In this document: one piece after another, positions 59,903-64,000 of the stretch | Layout: every line of letters starts with the position of its first letter | Position numbering within the stretch: the first letter of the stretch is position 1 | Source of the DNA: the human T2T-CHM13v2.0 reference genome, Homo sapiens | Assembly: GCF_009914755.1 (NCBI RefSeq) | Contig: NC_060926.1 | DNA length: 64,000 nucleotides | Direction: 5' to 3' (one strand) | Notes under the pieces: model-generated | Told to the model about the DNA's origin: nothing | Databases searched by the model: none | Seen by the model: the letters and a program-made list of their open reading frames with translations, nothing else | Made by a program: the position numbers and the translations under genes

Positions 59903-60516
59903 CCCAGATTCTGACTATACCTCCACACTCACACTCACTGTGCTGTTGAGCTGCTGTTCCTGATCAGAATGTGTTATATCCTTCACAGGTGTTCACACAG
60001 CATAGAGTGTGAGGTGGGGATTAGATCCCCTGGAAAAGAAAGATGTAGTTGTCAGCAGTAACATTATGAACCACAGAACCCGTGTTGCATGCAGAATTCT
60101 CCAAAACCAGACATGTTGTGCCAGGAGGCCAGCTACCCAGAACCCAGAACTTGAGGTATTAGATGCTGAGGAACAAAAGATAAGACTTACACAATTGAAC
60201 CAAAGTAAGGCCTGACCCCTGGACACTTGTTCCCTGGAAGGTGGAAGTCTGTCAAGGCTGGGGCAGTGGGCTCTCTCTGCAGGCCCCTCCCCTAGCAATC
60301 ACAGGTCAGAGGTAGGCAGGGATCAGAGAATGTCAGAGATTTCTCAACCTCTTCTCTTCCTTGGTGGGAAATTCTTGTTAAGATTCAGCCCAAGTGGGCC
60401 ACATGGCAGTCTTTGTACTCAGACATCTTGAGGGATGTAGCCCTTCAGTTGCTTTGCACTGTGGAGAAAGGCAGAGGGGTGCAGTGCTGGGCTTTAAGCC
60501 CATTCTCCATTTCTGA

Positions 60517-60834
<318 letters not shown>

Positions 60835-61864
60835 TGAACTTGGGCTGAAAACCACAAAACCTGTTGCCAGTCTCTGCCCCTCTGAAGTGCCTCAAGGTTC
60901 AACTGCTGTGAACAAGCTCCAGGTTTCCTTCCTGGATGGCTCCTTGGCTCCTGATGCAGGGAGGGAGGAGACTGTTTTCAAACCCTTGTGTCCAGATAGG
61001 GGTAGGGCTGTGCTGGGGGCTGGGCCAGCCTCAGACCTGGATGAAGAGGAAGACAAGTGGGTTTTCCTCCCGTGTTGGAGGTCTCTCCTTCCCCTGCCTC
61101 CTGTGCCTTCTATGGCCTTGGGATGCTTGAGACCAGTCAGTGCTCTGTTTGCTGTTAGATTTTCCAGGGCTATGTGTATTTGGGGACGTGGGAGCTCTGG
61201 TGCTGGGGCAAGTAGATATGGATTTTGGAGCTGCCGCCCTGACATTACATCACATTATTGTTCCTCAGAGAATTGGCCCTGGGAGCAGGATCTGTGTTTC
61301 TTGAGGGAGTGACACATTGTACAACTTGTTTTTACCATTTATTGAGACTACTGCTTAGAGGCATTGTTCTACAAGCACTGAACTATTAATCAGCAGCAAA
61401 GTCCCATCCTATACACTGTGCGTGTTTCTGCAAATCACTCCCAGACCTTCCTCTCCTCCTCCCCACCTCCCCTATCGAAATTTCTGTTCCCTTCTATCAA
61501 AAGGAGGCCTCCATTTTGTCTGTGTGTGATGATTGTAGGAAGTCTGCAGTGGCAAGAGGAGGAGATGAGACAGTGCCCTGTGGCCTTTCAGGCAGCACTG
61601 GAGGGCCACCTGGCCTCCAGAAGAGTTACTAGCAAACATCTCCCAAACTCTAAAAACAATGGCCGCAGGACATCGATTCATCGTTGAAAAGCAAATGCAA
61701 CTTTAGTGGGGAATTAGGAATCATCTTTATATTTCTAAACTTTGAGGTATTTTAACAAGTGTGGAAGCCTAGGGCAGGGGATCAGTGGAGGGCGATTTGG
61801 TTTGTGTTATGTTTGTGTTTCTGTTCGGGAGAGCTGACCCACATGGGCCCCTTTGATTTGGAAG

Positions 61865-62120
61865 GAGAAAGTGTGGCTGAACGTGGACAAGAGCCTAGAG
61901 TGCATCATTCAGCGTGTGGACAAGCTGCTGCAGAAGGAGCGGCTGCATGGCGAGGGCTGTGAGGATGTCTTCCCCTGTGCAGGCAGCTGCACCAGCAAGA
62001 AAGGTAACCCGGACAGCCACGCCTACTGGATCAGACCAGAAGACCCCTTCTGTGATGTCCCCTCCTCACCATGCCCCTCCACCATGCCCTCCGCTGCATG
62101 CCATCCTCATCTGACCACAC
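61865..62120 (+). CDS. INPP4A: INPP4A exon with alternative 5' splice sites: short form ends 62003 (...TSKK), long form adds 39 aa of Pro/Ser/Thr-rich sequence (GNPDSHAYW...CHPHLTT)
   Basis: tttggaag|GAGAAA; donors AAAG|gtaacc (62004) and ACAC|gtgcgt (62121), 117 nt apart, both phase 1. Confidence 0.94.
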
Positions 62121-64000
62121 GTGCGTATGCATCCATGCTTCCCATATGCTGCCTCCATTTCACCTTGTGCTGCTTCCATTTGTCTGTGTCTCTGACTCCA
62201 TGCCCTCCTCCCCCATGCAGACTGCAGGGAGGGCTGCCAGGTGGAGCGGGGGCGTCCCAGTGCATGGAGCAGCAGGCAGTGAGAGCGGAGTCTCCGGTTG
62301 CCTTTCCATGTAACTGGAGCCCATGTGTGATTCTGCATCTCTGCCAGTCAGAATCTCAGGGTCCTCTTGAGATACACCACCATGGCTATAAGGGTTGGGC
62401 TCCTGGGCTTTTCAGGTTTGTAAAGCAATCTGAGAACCTGAAGGAGGCCAGGATGCAGATGCCTTTCTGATGTGATTGTCTATGGCATTAGGAATTGGTA
62501 GAATGAAAGGGGAAAGGGGAATTGTTCAGGGACACAGCTGGATGAGAGATATTGGCAGGTCCAGTGGACATGTCTAAAAGCTGGTTGGCATTGGCTGGGC
62601 ACTCTCTTATGCAGCAGAGGCATGTTGCCTTGGGACTTGGTAACACAGAGAATGGGACCCTGTTCCTGGGCTTCTGGTGGTCTGAGTCAGGTGGTTTGGC
62701 AGAACCCTTCAGGGTAGGACACTGGCATGAAGCAGCATGCTTCAGAACAGTCTCCTGTCTGCAGAGACACAGCATACCAGGACACTGTCCTGCAGATGGC
62801 CTTAAAGCTGGGAAACAGTCCCTGCAACTGAGATGTCTCCGCCTTTTCCTGTAAGAGCCATAGAGTTACAAGCTAGGCAGCTGAGACTTGCCCACAGACC
62901 TAGCTTCTGCCTCCTTTTTGTTCTCCTGTGGGAGTTTTAAGTCATAGTAGGTAAGGCCCAGATGTGCTGGGATTAAGCTTCATGTGATGAGGGCTTTTAA
63001 ATTCTGAATTGGAGAACTTCCATTCAAGGTATAAGCGTGCCTCTTGGTCAGAGCCTCTTGGCAAATCCCCCTTCAGGTTGTAAGATGCCCTTTGCCTCTT
63101 TACTCTGCCTGCAGTCTGTTTCCAGGGCACTGTCTCACTTGAGCCTCTGTCTCGACAGTTATCACGTCACCCATCTCTCCATCTATGGGGGATTATGGTT
63201 TCACTTCCCCACACCTGTGATTGGCTCATGGAACTATTTTGTCTCTATTCATGTTCTCTTTTTTATGTGAATCGTGTTCCTTTTTAAAATTTTCTGAAAA
63301 TTCATTGTTTATTTCTTTTTACTTTATTATCTTGTTTGTGATTTTAAATTTTTCTACAGATAATGAAAAGGGTAATTTATTGGCTGTTTTAAATGTGGGA
63401 GCTAGTTTATTTCATCAGATGGGATTATATCCCTAACTTAAGTGTCATTTTTTTTCTAGGCACATCCTGTATTGTTTAAATATAGATACATTTTTATTCA
63501 GTTTTAAAGTTAGTTAAGTGAGCATTTATATATGCTATTTAGGGTTTGACTTGCGTGTGCCATAAAAATCAGCTGTTGTAATAATGGGAATGTGAAGCTT
63601 ACATTTGAGAGAGTCTAACTCTGCTGATCAGTACTCAAATGTATGAAACCATATGCCACCAAATTATCTGTGGATGGTCCTTAATTTAAACATCTTTAGC
63701 ACAGCCAGGAAGCTGTTCAGTCCTCAGTGTAAGTAGGAGGATCAGAAAGAACCAGTCTGTGAGCTATTTATTTTGGTGAGTCTTGTCCACAGTGCCACAG
63801 CATGGCTCTGTCATGACTTTTTATACCATTCCAAGTTACTGGAGCCATTGTTTTGGCTTAATGAGCAGGTATGTTCACACCAACATATTTATTATGTGAG
63901 AATAACTCTGTACTGCTCTGAAAGGCATCATCACTTTTCATTCCAGTTCTCTACCCTGTCCTAGGTCCTTGGTTTTTATTTTTCACCAGGGAGCTGCCCT

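Noticed and set aside
62221-62309. Strong-looking acceptor (ctgac...ctcccccatgcag) at 62220
   Set aside because: Nearby GT donors give 20, 58 or 89 nt, none frame-preserving, and the donors are weak. At best a poison exon, with no further support.
62121-62470. Reading frame stays open for 350 nt past the distal donor (ORF 61853..62470)
   Set aside because: Low-complexity C-rich sequence explains the lack of stops, and I see no poly-A signal nearby to support an alternative last exon.

Overview
Primate (almost certainly human) genomic DNA covering part of INPP4A (inositol polyphosphate 4-phosphatase type I) on the + strand. Bases 1-25275 are the repeat-rich end of the long first intron. Then come a 62-nt 5'UTR exon (25276-25337), the start-codon exon (ATG at 26361) and 14 further coding exons, including a 15/18-nt microexon, out to 62120. 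Splice phases chain into one frame of about 612 codons. The catalytic C-terminus lies beyond the window. Introns hold Alu, L1, L2, MIR, MaLR/ERV LTRs and DNA transposons. No prokaryotic-type systems are present. Best leads: (1) a spliced 5'UTR in which three uORFs are chained to each other and to the main CDS by three successive ATGA stop/start overlaps, with 7 ATGs in the 62-nt exon; (2) a candidate 12-nt frame-preserving microexon at 63360-63371; (3) an in-frame upstream NAGNAG acceptor at 44119/44122; (4) several local templated or inverted duplications in the introns (3821-4034, 5597-6658, 36621-36705). Repeat subfamily names are from recalled consensus sequences and are approximate.
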